A stretch of DNA of 64,000 nucleotides from an uncultured archaeon. GTDB taxonomy: Archaea > Asgardarchaeota > Lokiarchaeia > Sigyniarchaeales > SOKP01. Location of the stretch: positions 192,001 through 256,000 of the forward strand of contig CAZALK010000004.1 of NCBI GenBank assembly GCA_964486045.1, in the 5' to 3' direction. Both the position numbers and the translations under genes were made by a program. The notes below the pieces were generated by a model. That model searched no databases and was not told where the DNA came from. It saw only the letters and a list, made by a program, of their open reading frames with translations. Of this stretch, positions 42,260-53,511 are shown piece by piece (the stretch's first letter is position 1; every line of letters begins with the position of its first letter).

Positions 42260-43480
42260 TTACTCTATAAAATCCTGACTGGGCAATCCCGGAGGATATC
42301 TCCCCTGTTCTTGCAAGCGACGCATCATTTCATCGCGGAGAATTATGTTAGGGTAAGAGAGCCCCACGCGCGTAAATCCTGGACGGTTATCGCTTAGTAA
42401 GTTGACGTCAAGGGTGTCCGCATATTGGAAATATATGTCGGCAATTTTTTCATTAGCTTCAACAAACCAATCCGCGTTCGGTGGGCGAAACTTTGCATAA
42501 GGAGAACCGGGAGTGGGCACAAATACAAGGGGAGCGCTATAGACGCCTTTTGAAATCCTTTCTTCCAGTCCCTCAACCAACGAGGACATGGGTTCAATTC
42601 CTGTCACCATACTCTGAAAAGTTCCACGACCACGTCCGAATATCTCGACTGCAGTTTCTTGAGCTTCTTTCCAATATTCTTGAGGGTGAGACTTGCTCTT
42701 GCCAGGACATATTGCTTTGAAGTATGCGGGGTCCATAACTTCGAGATCAAATTCGGCGGCATTAATTCCAAGATCTTTCCACTTGTCCATTTCCTCAAAA
42801 TCTTCAGGTGGATACACATTTGCAGCGATATGCAGCTGCGAGAGTATTTTATCATCAAGGGACTCACTTAACCCTGTCATTACTTTTTCGAGACCATTTG
42901 TCATTCTACCGCGTTGTTTCGGAGGGAGTACTCCCCCAGTTATGGCAAATGTGCCCCGCCAGCCGTTTTGAACAGCGATAACAGCCATTTCTATTTGAAA
43001 TGCTGTTAATTGGCGTGTGAAACTAACTGGGAAAGTTTTAATCGCAGGCCTGGCGAAAAGTCCGCAGTATTTACAACCTTGACCTGAGTCGTAGTTATAG
43101 CAGTGATAATTCATGACAATATTGATGATACTGGCTGAACTACCTGAAGTAGAAAATGAAGTTTCAGCAGGTGAACCATTCGTCATCAACTCATTAAGCC
43201 AGGAACGCCGTACTTCCAGTGTCCCCGAACTTATAACTTTTCCCATATCGAAAATAGTCACATTTTCTTCATTAATAACGGCTTCCAAGCGAGAATATAT
43301 ATTTGGTAAAAGAAAAACCACCAATTCGCATCCTTCCATAACAAAGGGACGGAAACTTCTCCCCGTTTTTGGTGACCTCTCCACTTTAAACCGAACGCCT
43401 TCGGAAAGCATCCGAGCTTTAAGATGGATATCTTCTTTAGTAATATTTCTTTTTTCAGTTATGGTCAATTTTATGAGCAC
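42260..43480 (-). CDS. Radical SAM protein, non-canonical Cx8Cx2C
   Basis: CYNYDSGQGCKYC, ITGG, ICPGKS, FVPTPGS. Confidence 0.8.
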   Translation of the reverse strand: MLIKLTITEKRNITKEDIHLKARMLSEGVRFKVERSPKTGRSFRPFVMEGCELVVFLLPNIYSRLEAVINEENVTIFDMGKVISSGTLEVRRSWLNELMTNGSPAETSFSTSGSSASIINIVMNYHCYNYDSGQGCKYCGLFARPAIKTFPVSFTRQLTAFQIEMAVIAVQNGWRGTFAITGGVLPPKQRGRMTNGLEKVMTGLSESLDDKILSQLHIAANVYPPEDFEEMDKWKDLGINAAEFDLEVMDPAYFKAICPGKSKSHPQEYWKEAQETAVEIFGRGRGTFQSMVTGIEPMSSLVEGLEERISKGVYSAPLVFVPTPGSPYAKFRPPNADWFVEANEKIADIYFQYADTLDVNLLSDNRPGFTRVGLSYPNIILRDEMMRRLQEQGRYPPGLPSQDFIE

Positions 43481-43547
43481 CTATTTCTTTAGGAAGTGAT
43501 ACTCTAAAAAGTCTAAAATATTTTTTTTTAAATATTTCAAGAAAGGA

Positions 43548-45020
43548 TTATGACTCTTTAAATTTTACTTTAAATAACTGAAGGAAAATCAATGCTACAA
43601 TCTGAAAAAACCCCATAGACATTAGTCCTATAGTAAGGATAACCGGATTTGTAGAATTTTCACCTTGAAATATAAACCCGTAGAGTATTGAGGATAATGC
43701 TCCAACTGTACTTGCAGTAAACATCATTAGTCCATTATATGCACCTGAGAGTCGTGTTACTGCTTGATCCTTATTCAGTGATTCCTGGGCATTCTCGATT
43801 AAATGCATCTCGGCGGCACGATCAACCATTTCGTTTAACAATGGTTGGCTGAAAAGAGTAGTTGAATACATACTTCCGATAACTGTGCCAAATGACAATA
43901 CGAAAAAGATTAACCTTAAAGGCACACTCAGTTCAATAAAAAAAATTAACTCAAAGAATGATGCAAATCCCATAATAATCAGGTTCAATTTATAGGTTTT
44001 GAGAAGTTTACCTTGTCTCTTCATTATTATTTTCCAAATAACAAACCATACAAATTTTGTAGAAATACTAATTATGATATATAAAATATAGAAACTACTG
44101 ATTTGTATTGGAAGTAAATTCCGTCCTAATACAAAGGCTATGAAGGGGATAATCGTAAAAGCAAGTGCAAACTGACTCATTTGAGTAATTACTCCAGCAG
44201 CCATAAACTTCATATATTCTTTATCTTTGACCGGAATAAACAAACCTTTAAAAGTATCTTTTATTTTTCTTTTCTCAAAATCTAAGCCTTTTAAATGAAA
44301 ACTCTCGTCGATTGAGAAAAAAGCAATTAGAATACAGATCAATGCTAAAATACCCAAAAAAATTGAAATTGTAGGCAAAGTATTCATTATGAATTTACCA
44401 CTACTAGTCCAATACCCTGTGTCTGTCGAATCGTCAACGAGACTCTGTATAATGATTGGGAATGATGTTCCGATAATTGAACTTATGATCGTTAAGTTTG
44501 CAGATAAAGTTGCGACTTTTTTTCTATTTTTCAATGTTTGAGAAATTTCAGGAAGAATTGAACTGAAAACAATAAGCAATAAACTCCCAAAAATAGCTCT
44601 TATTATGTTCAAAGCCCAATACCATATAGCTGTAGGCCAATATATAACTGTACTTAACATAGCTAGATTTTCAGGTGGGATCCAAGGGGGTAAAAAGGTT
44701 AAAATTGTGGTTATTAGCCAAATTGGTAACGCAATAAGAATATATGGTCTTCTTTTACCTATTCTTTTCGGTTTTGTATTATCCAATATTACACCAAAAA
44801 TTATACTCGAGAATGCCATTGTTACCATACTTAAAGTAGAACCAATTGAGACTAAAATTGAATCCAACCGAATAGTGTATACATAAAACGTATATGAATA
44901 TGATCCTGTAAACATAAACATTAACATAATTCCAAAAAATCCCATAGAATATCCATACAATCTTGTTCCATGGAGCTCTCTTATTGAAGATGAGGTAAGA
45001 CTTTTATCAGGATGTTCCAT
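43548..45020 (-). CDS. MFS transporter (GPH/MelB-like)
   Basis: About 12 hydrophobic segments; DNTKPKRIGKRRPY loop. Confidence 0.85.
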   Translation of the reverse strand: MEHPDKSLTSSSIRELHGTRLYGYSMGFFGIMLMFMFTGSYSYTFYVYTIRLDSILVSIGSTLSMVTMAFSSIIFGVILDNTKPKRIGKRRPYILIALPIWLITTILTFLPPWIPPENLAMLSTVIYWPTAIWYWALNIIRAIFGSLLLIVFSSILPEISQTLKNRKKVATLSANLTIISSIIGTSFPIIIQSLVDDSTDTGYWTSSGKFIMNTLPTISIFLGILALICILIAFFSIDESFHLKGLDFEKRKIKDTFKGLFIPVKDKEYMKFMAAGVITQMSQFALAFTIIPFIAFVLGRNLLPIQISSFYILYIIISISTKFVWFVIWKIIMKRQGKLLKTYKLNLIIMGFASFFELIFFIELSVPLRLIFFVLSFGTVIGSMYSTTLFSQPLLNEMVDRAAEMHLIENAQESLNKDQAVTRLSGAYNGLMMFTASTVGALSSILYGFIFQGENSTNPVILTIGLMSMGFFQIVALIFLQLFKVKFKES

Positions 45021-45163
45021 TTGGTATCGCGACTCAATTTTGAAATTTTCCTACAAATATTAGGAACATAATTATTTACTGAAATTAAAAGTTTAGATTG
45101 GGTTGAAAAGGTGTGATAAAAGAATTGAATAATTTTTTTAACCTTTCAAAATTTTGATCATGT

Positions 45164-46378
45164 ATGACTTTAGCATTAGAGAATGTTACGATTTTAGATT
45201 TATCACGTATGCTGCCAGGACCATATTGTACTATGATCTTATCCGATCTTGGAGCAGAAGTCATTCGTGTTGAGAACCCAAGCGATCCTATGAGTAATCT
45301 ACCCCCTTTTTTCCGGAAGGGCGACTATTATGAGAGCGCTTTTAATGCTGTTCTCATGAGAAATAAAAAATCAATAACATTAAATTTGAAAACCGATGAA
45401 GCCAGGAATATATTCTATGAACTAGTTAAAAAAGCTGACGTTGTCATGGATACTTTTCGACCAAAGGTTATGGCAAAGTTAAAAATTGATTATAAAACAT
45501 TATCAGCAATTAATCCTTCAATAATCTGTTGTTCTATGACTGGTTATGGACAATATGGTCCTTACGAGCAAAAGGCAGGTCATGATATAAATTACATAGG
45601 AATAAGTGGAATTTTAGATGCTACTCGAGTAAGAGCTGTATATGGGAAGGAAGACCAAGAGAGACCGCCTTTAGTTCCGGGCCTTTCCCCGGCAGATATT
45701 GGAGGAGCATTAGTCGCAGCTATAGGTATACTCAGTGCTCTTTTTGAGAGAGACCAAAACCCAGAAAGAAGAGGTCAATTCGTGGATATCTCGATGACAG
45801 ATTCTACCTTTTTTTTCCAGCCTCTTGCTGCTGCAAGTAAATTTGTGAGAGATTTAAGCGGAAAAAAAGGATGGGGCTCAGGTGGGGGCAGTGGTTCTCC
45901 ATTTTATGGTGTTTATAGAACAAAAGATCACAAATATATAGCAGTTGGAGCAATTGAGCCGAAGTTTTGGCACGCTCTCTGTGAAGGATTAGAAAGAGAG
46001 GATTTGAAAGGAAAGCAATATGTTCGGGGAGAAGAAAATGAAAAAATTATTGCTGAAGTGCAAAGTGAATTCTTAAAGAAGACTCAGGCAGAATGGCTCA
46101 AACATTTTGAAAATTTCGATACTTGCGTCTCAGCTGTTAAAAATTTTTGGGAAGCATGTGAGGATCCACAAATTTTAGCTCGAGAAATGATTGTAAAAAT
46201 GGATCACCCTATTTTAGGAAAGGTTCAAAATCTTGGTTCACCGATTAAATTGTCTAGGACACCAGCTATAATTAGAAGTTTTGCTCCAAAACAAGGTCAA
46301 AATACAGAAGAAATTTTGAAATCTCTTAATTATTCTGAGGAAGACTTTCAAAATTTTAAAAGAAATAAAATTGTATAA
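45164..46378 (+). CDS. CaiB/BaiF CoA-transferase III, alpha-methylacyl-CoA racemase-like
   Basis: LPGPYCTMILSDLGAEVIRVE, GHDINY, ADIGG. Confidence 0.88.
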   Translation: MTLALENVTILDLSRMLPGPYCTMILSDLGAEVIRVENPSDPMSNLPPFFRKGDYYESAFNAVLMRNKKSITLNLKTDEARNIFYELVKKADVVMDTFRPKVMAKLKIDYKTLSAINPSIICCSMTGYGQYGPYEQKAGHDINYIGISGILDATRVRAVYGKEDQERPPLVPGLSPADIGGALVAAIGILSALFERDQNPERRGQFVDISMTDSTFFFQPLAAASKFVRDLSGKKGWGSGGGSGSPFYGVYRTKDHKYIAVGAIEPKFWHALCEGLEREDLKGKQYVRGEENEKIIAEVQSEFLKKTQAEWLKHFENFDTCVSAVKNFWEACEDPQILAREMIVKMDHPILGKVQNLGSPIKLSRTPAIIRSFAPKQGQNTEEILKSLNYSEEDFQNFKRNKIV

Positions 46379-46415
46379 ATTTATTTTTTAAAATAATTTT
46401 AGGTTATATAAACCT

Positions 46416-47285
46416 TCATTCATTTTTTTCTTCAAGTATAGAGAATGGATTCTCTCCTTGTTCATCAAGCAATGTATTATGATTAGCTTCCATTTCACGG
46501 GATTGCCCATCAACATTTAGAAACATATTCATCCTAGCCTTCGAAGAGGGTAACGCAACAGCTTGCCCAAATAGGTATTGTTCTTCCAAGAGAGCATCTA
46601 CAATTGGTAGTTCTACTCCTGCTAGTACAGATTTTTTTGCAATGGCTATTGATTCCGCAGGAAATGACGCTATCCTATAAGCTAAATTTTCAACATAGAG
46701 GGTTAATTTATCTGGTGGAAGGGCACGGTTAATTAATCCATAAAGCTCGGCCAACTCAGCAGGAAAATCATGACCTCCAAGAACAATCTCCATTGCACGC
46801 CTTCGTCCAACAGTGCGAGGAATTCTAATTGTCCCTCCCCCTCCTGGTATAATTCCGACACCAATTTCTGGTTGAGCAAATACTGCTTTCCCGAGCTCAC
46901 CAAATATCATATCGAAACTCTGAATGAATTCAAATCCTCCTCCACGTACTATTCCTTCAACTTTAGCAATTGAAACCTTCGACATCGTACGATATGTTTC
47001 ATTTATCATATGGACTGTGCCCTCGAGGTTTTCTTTTTTTGGTGCAGCTTCATCAGGCATTACAACTAAACCAGAGACATCAAAGTGTGCAATAAAGAAA
47101 TCAGGATCAGCGCTATCAAAAACCAAAACTCGTACGTTATCATCATTTTGAACAGTTTGAGCAAGACCCGCAAATTCCATTATCATTTGCATATTCAAAA
47201 GATTCATCGGGGGGTTTTCAATTGTCACAAATGCAACGCCTCTATCTACTTTCACTTTTAACATTTTAAGATTGTCGTAACTCAT
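46416..47285 (-). CDS. Crotonase / enoyl-CoA hydratase family
   Basis: NPPMN, FFIAHFD, GGGFE, QPE. Confidence 0.88.
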   Translation of the reverse strand: MSYDNLKMLKVKVDRGVAFVTIENPPMNLLNMQMIMEFAGLAQTVQNDDNVRVLVFDSADPDFFIAHFDVSGLVVMPDEAAPKKENLEGTVHMINETYRTMSKVSIAKVEGIVRGGGFEFIQSFDMIFGELGKAVFAQPEIGVGIIPGGGGTIRIPRTVGRRRAMEIVLGGHDFPAELAELYGLINRALPPDKLTLYVENLAYRIASFPAESIAIAKKSVLAGVELPIVDALLEEQYLFGQAVALPSSKARMNMFLNVDGQSREMEANHNTLLDEQGENPFSILEEKNE

Positions 47286-47445
47286 CTTTTTTCATCCTTT
47301 CCATTTATACATATTATAAATTCTTTGATTATTGATTTAGGAATTTATCCTATGAACTTAGTTTAAGCAGAAATATATTTATAAGTTTTGAATTGAGAAA
47401 AAATGAAACTAAATCAAAAAAATAGGGTAAGTAAAAAAAAAAGGA

Positions 47446-48297
47446 TTAAAGATTGTCCCCTAATATTTTTTGCATTTCTTCTAATCTCCTTTTGGGACCT
47501 AATTCACTCTCACGTGTTTGCAACCCGGAATCAAGAACCTGGTTCATCCTTACTTTAGATTCCCCTGATCCTGCTGCTATACCAAAAAGATGACCCTCCT
47601 CAAGTAAACCTTCTTTACGGGGCATTTCCTCAGCAACAACAACAGATCTTTTAACAAGAGCTATAGTTTCAGCCGAAATATAAGCTATGCTATTAGCTAA
47701 AATCTCAACAAACTGTCCAATCTTATCTGCTGGTAATGCTCTATTAATCCAACCATATCGCTCTGCCATCTTAGCAGAGTAAGGCATTAATCCTAACATG
47801 GCTTCTAATGATCGAGATCTTCCCATTAAGCGTGTTAGCCAATGTGTCCCCCCGCCTCCGGCAATAATTCCTACTGCTGCTTCAGTTTGGGAGAAAACAG
47901 CCTTTCCAATCGCTCCAAAACGCATATCAAGAGAAAGACAGAATTCATTTCCTCCTCCACCCACTATTCCTTCGATCTTTGCAATCGTTACTTTAGGTAA
48001 TGTCCGAAATTCCATAAAATACTTTTTCCAGCCTTGTAATTCTTTGGCTGCAGGTGCAGCTTCTTCTGGGAAATCAGTTAAAGCAGTGACATCAAAATGT
48101 GAAATAAAGATTTCCGGATCAGCACTTTGAAAAACAATAACTTTTACATCATCATCTGCTTTGACTTGATTGAAAAAACGTTCCATATCCTCTAAAAAAG
48201 CCATGTTAATTAAATTTACAGGGGGATTATCAATTGTCACCCATGCTATACTATTTTTTACTTCAATCTTCCATACTTTATAATCTTTATACTCCAT
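47446..48297 (-). CDS. Crotonase / enoyl-CoA hydratase family
   Basis: NPPVN, FISHFD, GGGNE, QTE. Confidence 0.88.
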   Translation of the reverse strand: MEYKDYKVWKIEVKNSIAWVTIDNPPVNLINMAFLEDMERFFNQVKADDDVKVIVFQSADPEIFISHFDVTALTDFPEEAAPAAKELQGWKKYFMEFRTLPKVTIAKIEGIVGGGGNEFCLSLDMRFGAIGKAVFSQTEAAVGIIAGGGGTHWLTRLMGRSRSLEAMLGLMPYSAKMAERYGWINRALPADKIGQFVEILANSIAYISAETIALVKRSVVVAEEMPRKEGLLEEGHLFGIAAGSGESKVRMNQVLDSGLQTRESELGPKRRLEEMQKILGDNL

Positions 48298-48422
48298 ATT
48301 TTTAACCTTAATTTTACTAATTTTATTAATATTTTTGACAAAGTATCAAATAAGAAGTTTTTTCTTATGACCCTTAAAAAGATAAAAAAATCTTAGTGTG
48401 GTAGAAAATAATCAATATCTGT

Positions 48423-49307
48423 TTACCAATGAATAATTTTAAGGTTATCTCTGGGTTGTGTCATATATAACCACCATTTTTCTAACCATGGAGAGTAGTT
48501 TCCCTTATCTTGAGCTGATTCAACCAATATTCTTCGTATAATTCGTAATTCTTGACTAATTGGATGATCCGCTTCAGAACCTTTAAACCGAAGATTATCT
48601 TTTGCAATAAGATCGAGGATTTTCTCAACACTTGAAGTAAGTTTTTTCCCTGTAGGGGTTTGAGATGCAGCATAATAAAGCCATTTATCATAAGGATATG
48701 GTTCACCATCAAGAACCATAGCTGCCCTCAAAGCATGAGCTATTGCTTTAGGTAATGATAATAAAACACCAACTGGATCCTGTCTCTCCATCGGATTATC
48801 GCATGCACGATGCTCACTTCGCATTTCTACATAATGAAAAAAGAAAAATAAATCACTTACTTCTTTTCTCATTAGCTGACACGCTAACTTAATTAGCTCA
48901 TTTCCTATACCAGACTTATCTATCACAATTTCTGCATTTCTTAATTGAAAGACAATATCCATATCGCTCTGGTCATAATAATTTTTAAGCTGATGGAAAC
49001 GTTCTGAGAAATCTTCAGTTGATTCTGCATTTAAATGACCTGGTTTATTATTAATCTCAAGATCAAAAAACAATGAATCAGAAACTCTCTTAAGATCAAC
49101 CAGTTCTTCTTCGGGAATTAGGAACCAGAGATCGATATCCGAAAAAGGATCATCAAATCCTAGTGTAATCGACCCATGAAGTATTACAGAAGCATTCTCT
49201 TGAAAGTTCTTAAGTATTGGGTGTTGTTCAAGAAATCCAGGAATATATTTCTTTATTTTTCTCACCCAATCATCCTTCCTTTCGATATTTGGGGTAAATA
49301 TTGTCAT
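48423..49307 (-). CDS. Pol-beta-type nucleotidyltransferase with DUF4037-like domain
   Basis: HGS...DPFSDID motif; PYPYDKWL. Confidence 0.75.
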   Translation of the reverse strand: MTIFTPNIERKDDWVRKIKKYIPGFLEQHPILKNFQENASVILHGSITLGFDDPFSDIDLWFLIPEEELVDLKRVSDSLFFDLEINNKPGHLNAESTEDFSERFHQLKNYYDQSDMDIVFQLRNAEIVIDKSGIGNELIKLACQLMRKEVSDLFFFFHYVEMRSEHRACDNPMERQDPVGVLLSLPKAIAHALRAAMVLDGEPYPYDKWLYYAASQTPTGKKLTSSVEKILDLIAKDNLRFKGSEADHPISQELRIIRRILVESAQDKGNYSPWLEKWWLYMTQPRDNLKIIHW

Positions 49308-49416
49308 GCTTTTTATTATGTTACAAACTTTTTTATCTTAATTAATTAGGAAAACATCTTAAAGTTTGTAAATGTGGAAAAAAAAAGAATATTTTTTGGC
49401 TCTTGTTTTAAGAGTA

Positions 49417-50265
49417 TTACTTTTCTTCAAGTTTTTTAGTATACTCATCTACTACTTTAAAGATATCAAGTTCACCCTCACGTGTCTGACCACCCATTTG
49501 AACAAACAACCCCATTCTTTCTTTCGCAGCCGCTGATACGCACGTAAGATTGAATAAATGAGTTTCTTCTATCAATCCTTCTACAACAGGCTTTTCTAGA
49601 GCTAGTAAGACGGCTTTTTTTGCTATAGCGATTGTTTCTGCCGGATATGATGCAATCCGATACGCAAGTTCTTCTACAAATGGTGTTAATTCTTCCGGTG
49701 GAAGAGCACGATTAATATACCCATATTTTTCAGCAATATCTGCAGGAAAATCCATGCCACCTACTACAACTTCCATAGCTCGAGACCTTCCTATTAGCCG
49801 TGGGAGTCTTTGAGTGCCACCACCTCCAGGAATAATACCCAATGGTACCTCAATTTGACCTAAAATTGCTTTTCCTAGAGCCCCAAACCGCATATCTAAA
49901 GCTAAACAAAATTCACTCCCTCCCCCTCGAACTCGACCTTCAATTTTTGCTATTGATATCTTTGGCATAGTCCGATATGCCTCTTGCAATTGATGACCCC
50001 CATGTAATTCAGTCGGCTTTGGTGGTGCCTCGTCTGGATATTTAAGCAAGAGATTTACATCATAATGAGCAATAAAATAATCAGGATCGGCACTATCAAA
50101 AATTATTACTTTAACATTATCATCTTTAGCGACTTGATATGCTAACTTACCAAACTCTCCATAGAGTTCATTTGTTAATATATTCATAGGTGGATTATTA
50201 ATAGTTGCGAATAATACGCCACGATCTACACGAATTTCCAAAAGTTCGAACCCATCATAAGACAT
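49417..50265 (-). CDS. Crotonase / enoyl-CoA hydratase family
   Basis: NPPMN, YFIAHYD, GGGSE, QIE. Confidence 0.88.
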   Translation of the reverse strand: MSYDGFELLEIRVDRGVLFATINNPPMNILTNELYGEFGKLAYQVAKDDNVKVIIFDSADPDYFIAHYDVNLLLKYPDEAPPKPTELHGGHQLQEAYRTMPKISIAKIEGRVRGGGSEFCLALDMRFGALGKAILGQIEVPLGIIPGGGGTQRLPRLIGRSRAMEVVVGGMDFPADIAEKYGYINRALPPEELTPFVEELAYRIASYPAETIAIAKKAVLLALEKPVVEGLIEETHLFNLTCVSAAAKERMGLFVQMGGQTREGELDIFKVVDEYTKKLEEK

Positions 50266-50425
50266 TTCATATTTTCCTCCTAATTAGTCATAAATTTAAC
50301 AATAAATATTGTGTTACTACCTAGCTTAATATAAAATAATATATAGATTTTGAAAAATAAAACACAATGATGAAGAATAGGAAATTAGTGTTAGTAAATT
50401 AAATTAAATAGGAGCTGTTGAATGA

Positions 50426-52207
50426 TTAAAATTTCAATTTTCCAGCTTTTACTTGTTCATACAAATCAGGACTGAAGGGGATATAAGATTTTTTGGATGC
50501 ATCCCAACAATAAATTCGGTCTTTTACCTTTTCAATGTCATATCCTTCTCGCTTTAGGTCAACTTTTGTAATTTTATATGAACCGGTCAAAGCGAGAACT
50601 TCCCGAATTCGGAGAAAGACTGGAACAGAATATTTAGGTAAAGCCTCGCTGATAAATTTTGAAACGGTGCTTATATCGATCTCCGAAGCGGATTCAACCA
50701 TTAATGATGCCATACCTGCTTTCCCTTCGGTTTTTGGAATAGATACTCCATAAACTGCACTTGATAGAACCATTTCATTAATATCGAGGATATTTTCGAC
50801 TTCTAGGGTTGAAACATTCTCTCCCTTCCACCTAAAAGTATCACCAAATCTGTCAGCAAAACTAACCCAGTGGTCATCATGTAAATTCAAAAAATCAAAA
50901 GTTTTAAAATAAGCATCTCCCTGCTCAAAAACATTTTGGATTAATCTTTGTTTGGTTTTTTCATTATCCCGGTACTTCGTATAATTTTCAACATCTTCGA
51001 TTTTTAGAAGAGACATTCCTGTATCTCCTGATATACATCTTATCATAAAACCATCCTCATTTTTTAATAATTCTCCTGTTTCGGCATTTACTTTCGCAAT
51101 CGCAGAATTTGGATTAGTATTCCGTCCGATCATACCAGGAACTTCATCAAAATTAACTAACGGACCAAAACCTTCTGTTGATGAATAATATTCATAAATA
51201 TGCTCAATATTGAATCGGGATTTAAATTCTAACCAAATATCTTTTCTAAGACCTAGACCTATTAATTTTTTGAGGGTATGATTCTTATCTTGATCAGAGA
51301 GAGGTCGATTTAGAAGATAGCGAGGAATTTCACCAATATAAAACGCTACTGAAACATTATATTTCCGGATATCGTTCCAATAATTTGAAACTGAGAATCT
51401 TTTCGCTAAAACAAATGTTGAACCCGCGTATGCTGCATTTCCCCATGCTGTACACTGGCCAAGAGAATGATACAAAGGTGTAACTGAATAGATAACATCA
51501 TCAGAATCTAGATGCGCAAGACAAGATCCATAATATAATCCATTAAATGGAAAAGCCCAATTAGGAATTATTACAGCTTTTGGTAAACCTGTCGTTCCAG
51601 AGGTATAAATGTATTCAGCAGTATCTGCTAATTTTGAATCGTGAGTAGTAGGAGGATTTTCTTTAGAGGAAAGTTTCAAATCTTCGCTTAAATCCATATA
51701 TTTATGGGTTTTCTTTTCGGAATTATTTACAACAAAAATATTTTCTTTTTCAATTGATAATTCATCTACGATTTCGTCAAAAAACTCTAAAAATTTTACA
51801 TCTCCGATTATAACCCATTTTGGACTAACTATTTCTATAGCATGAATAAGTGCTTGCTTTCTCTGATTAAGGTTAATCAATGCACTTACCCCTTGGATTT
51901 TGTTGATACCCACTGTGATAAAAATATAATCAGGTGAATTTTCATGAATCAAAGCAATTATGTCTCCCGGTTCCAGACCTATACTACGGAAGTAATTAGA
52001 AACAGCATTACTTTCGTCATTAATTTGACCCCAAGTAAAAGATTCATCCTCAAAATATAAACCGACTTTGTCAGTTTTTTCCTTAGCCCAATGTTCAATC
52101 AAAGTTCCAAGACTTTGTTGGTTAGGATTTTCTCCTAATTTTGGAAGTTCTGCTAAGTATTTTTCTCTAGCTATTGATTCTTTTTCAGTTAAAATTGGTG
52201 GCTCCAT
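50426..52207 (-). CDS. FATP/very-long-chain acyl-CoA synthetase family
   Basis: IYTSGTTGLPKA, PLYHS, YIGEIPRYL, DRFGDTFRWKGENVST. Confidence 0.92.
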   Translation of the reverse strand: MEPPILTEKESIAREKYLAELPKLGENPNQQSLGTLIEHWAKEKTDKVGLYFEDESFTWGQINDESNAVSNYFRSIGLEPGDIIALIHENSPDYIFITVGINKIQGVSALINLNQRKQALIHAIEIVSPKWVIIGDVKFLEFFDEIVDELSIEKENIFVVNNSEKKTHKYMDLSEDLKLSSKENPPTTHDSKLADTAEYIYTSGTTGLPKAVIIPNWAFPFNGLYYGSCLAHLDSDDVIYSVTPLYHSLGQCTAWGNAAYAGSTFVLAKRFSVSNYWNDIRKYNVSVAFYIGEIPRYLLNRPLSDQDKNHTLKKLIGLGLRKDIWLEFKSRFNIEHIYEYYSSTEGFGPLVNFDEVPGMIGRNTNPNSAIAKVNAETGELLKNEDGFMIRCISGDTGMSLLKIEDVENYTKYRDNEKTKQRLIQNVFEQGDAYFKTFDFLNLHDDHWVSFADRFGDTFRWKGENVSTLEVENILDINEMVLSSAVYGVSIPKTEGKAGMASLMVESASEIDISTVSKFISEALPKYSVPVFLRIREVLALTGSYKITKVDLKREGYDIEKVKDRIYCWDASKKSYIPFSPDLYEQVKAGKLKF

Positions 52208-52280
52208 AGTGATTCAATAATAATTTCTGAATAATTCTTAGATATAAATTAATAATAAAAAATCAAAAAAAAATAAAAAC

Positions 52281-53507
52281 TTAGAGATCTCTTGAAAAGA
52301 CATGCATTACGTTGGTAAAACCCAAGCCTGGTTGTCCTAAAGTATGTTGAAGTCCCAGATCGAGATGTTTATCAGGAACTTGACGTTTTGCGCATTCTTT
52401 ATTCTTTGTCATTTGCCAATGTATTTCTACAATCTGTCGTACTCCTGTTGCTCCAAGTGGATGACCAACTGACAATAAACCACCACTGGGATTAATAGGA
52501 AGGTCTCCATCTATCTCAACAACTCCATCATTTATCATATCAGCACCTTCACCTTTTTTGCAGAAGCCAAAATCTTCATAATGGACAAATTCTGAGACAG
52601 AAAAACAATCGTGACATTCAACAAAACCTCGGTCATAAAAATCTTTAGCCTCAACTTTAGCCATTTTGTAGACTTTCTGTGCAGTTAAATAATCTGTAAG
52701 AAAACCTGGCGGGTAAGCACTTCCCGTCTTTTCGAACCAAGCTCTTTCATTTGCTCCTCCATAATTACTCCCCATAGCACTCCCTTTAACCCAAATAGGA
52801 GTGTCTATATGATGCTCTTTGACGTAATCTTCACTCATAAGAACCACCGCCGCGGCTCCATCTGTTCGTGGGCAACACTGAGATCTGGTTAATGGATCAT
52901 TTATCATAACATCATCTAAAACCTCATCTAACGTCATGGGATTTTGATATTCTGCTTTGGGATTTTTTGAGCCATTTCTTCTACTTTTAACTGTTATATT
53001 GGCAAAATCTTCCACTTTTGTTCCGTACATCTTCATGTGTACTCGACCCATCAAGGCAAAACCGGCTGCCATACCACCACCGCCACCCCCACCACCTGCC
53101 ATAAAAGAACCATGAGCGAAAGCTTTTGCTTCAATCTGAAACCTGGTTCCACCTCCAACCATACCCATGGATACATCTTTCATTTTTTCGATTCCCATTG
53201 CCAATGAACAGTCACTCAAACCAGAAGCTACATCCATATAAGCTAATCTGAATGCATTTGAACCGGAGCTACAAGCGTTAACTGCTCTAGTAATTGGAAT
53301 CCCAATCATCCCACTTTCATTTATGATTTCATGACCGACTCCTACGCCACCACAACTGCCATAATAAGCACTCTGGACCAGTTTACGATCAATCCCTGCA
53401 TTTTCAATGGCATCCAATACTGCAGGTCTACCAATTTCTTGATATAAAAGTGCATCGAGTCTTCCAAAAGGAGACATTCCCGCACCCACTACTGCTACAT
53501 TTCTCAT
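52281..53507 (-). CDS. Thiolase, SCP2-like type
   Basis: Start MRNVAVVG at 53507; NACSSG, HDCF, GHPLGATG. Confidence 0.88.
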   Translation of the reverse strand: MRNVAVVGAGMSPFGRLDALLYQEIGRPAVLDAIENAGIDRKLVQSAYYGSCGGVGVGHEIINESGMIGIPITRAVNACSSGSNAFRLAYMDVASGLSDCSLAMGIEKMKDVSMGMVGGGTRFQIEAKAFAHGSFMAGGGGGGGGMAAGFALMGRVHMKMYGTKVEDFANITVKSRRNGSKNPKAEYQNPMTLDEVLDDVMINDPLTRSQCCPRTDGAAAVVLMSEDYVKEHHIDTPIWVKGSAMGSNYGGANERAWFEKTGSAYPPGFLTDYLTAQKVYKMAKVEAKDFYDRGFVECHDCFSVSEFVHYEDFGFCKKGEGADMINDGVVEIDGDLPINPSGGLLSVGHPLGATGVRQIVEIHWQMTKNKECAKRQVPDKHLDLGLQHTLGQPGLGFTNVMHVFSRDL

Positions 53508-53511
53508 TTTT

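Noticed and set aside
42394-43499. Multiple overlapping ORFs across the radical SAM gene
   Set aside because: Expected from locally higher GC; no recognisable motifs
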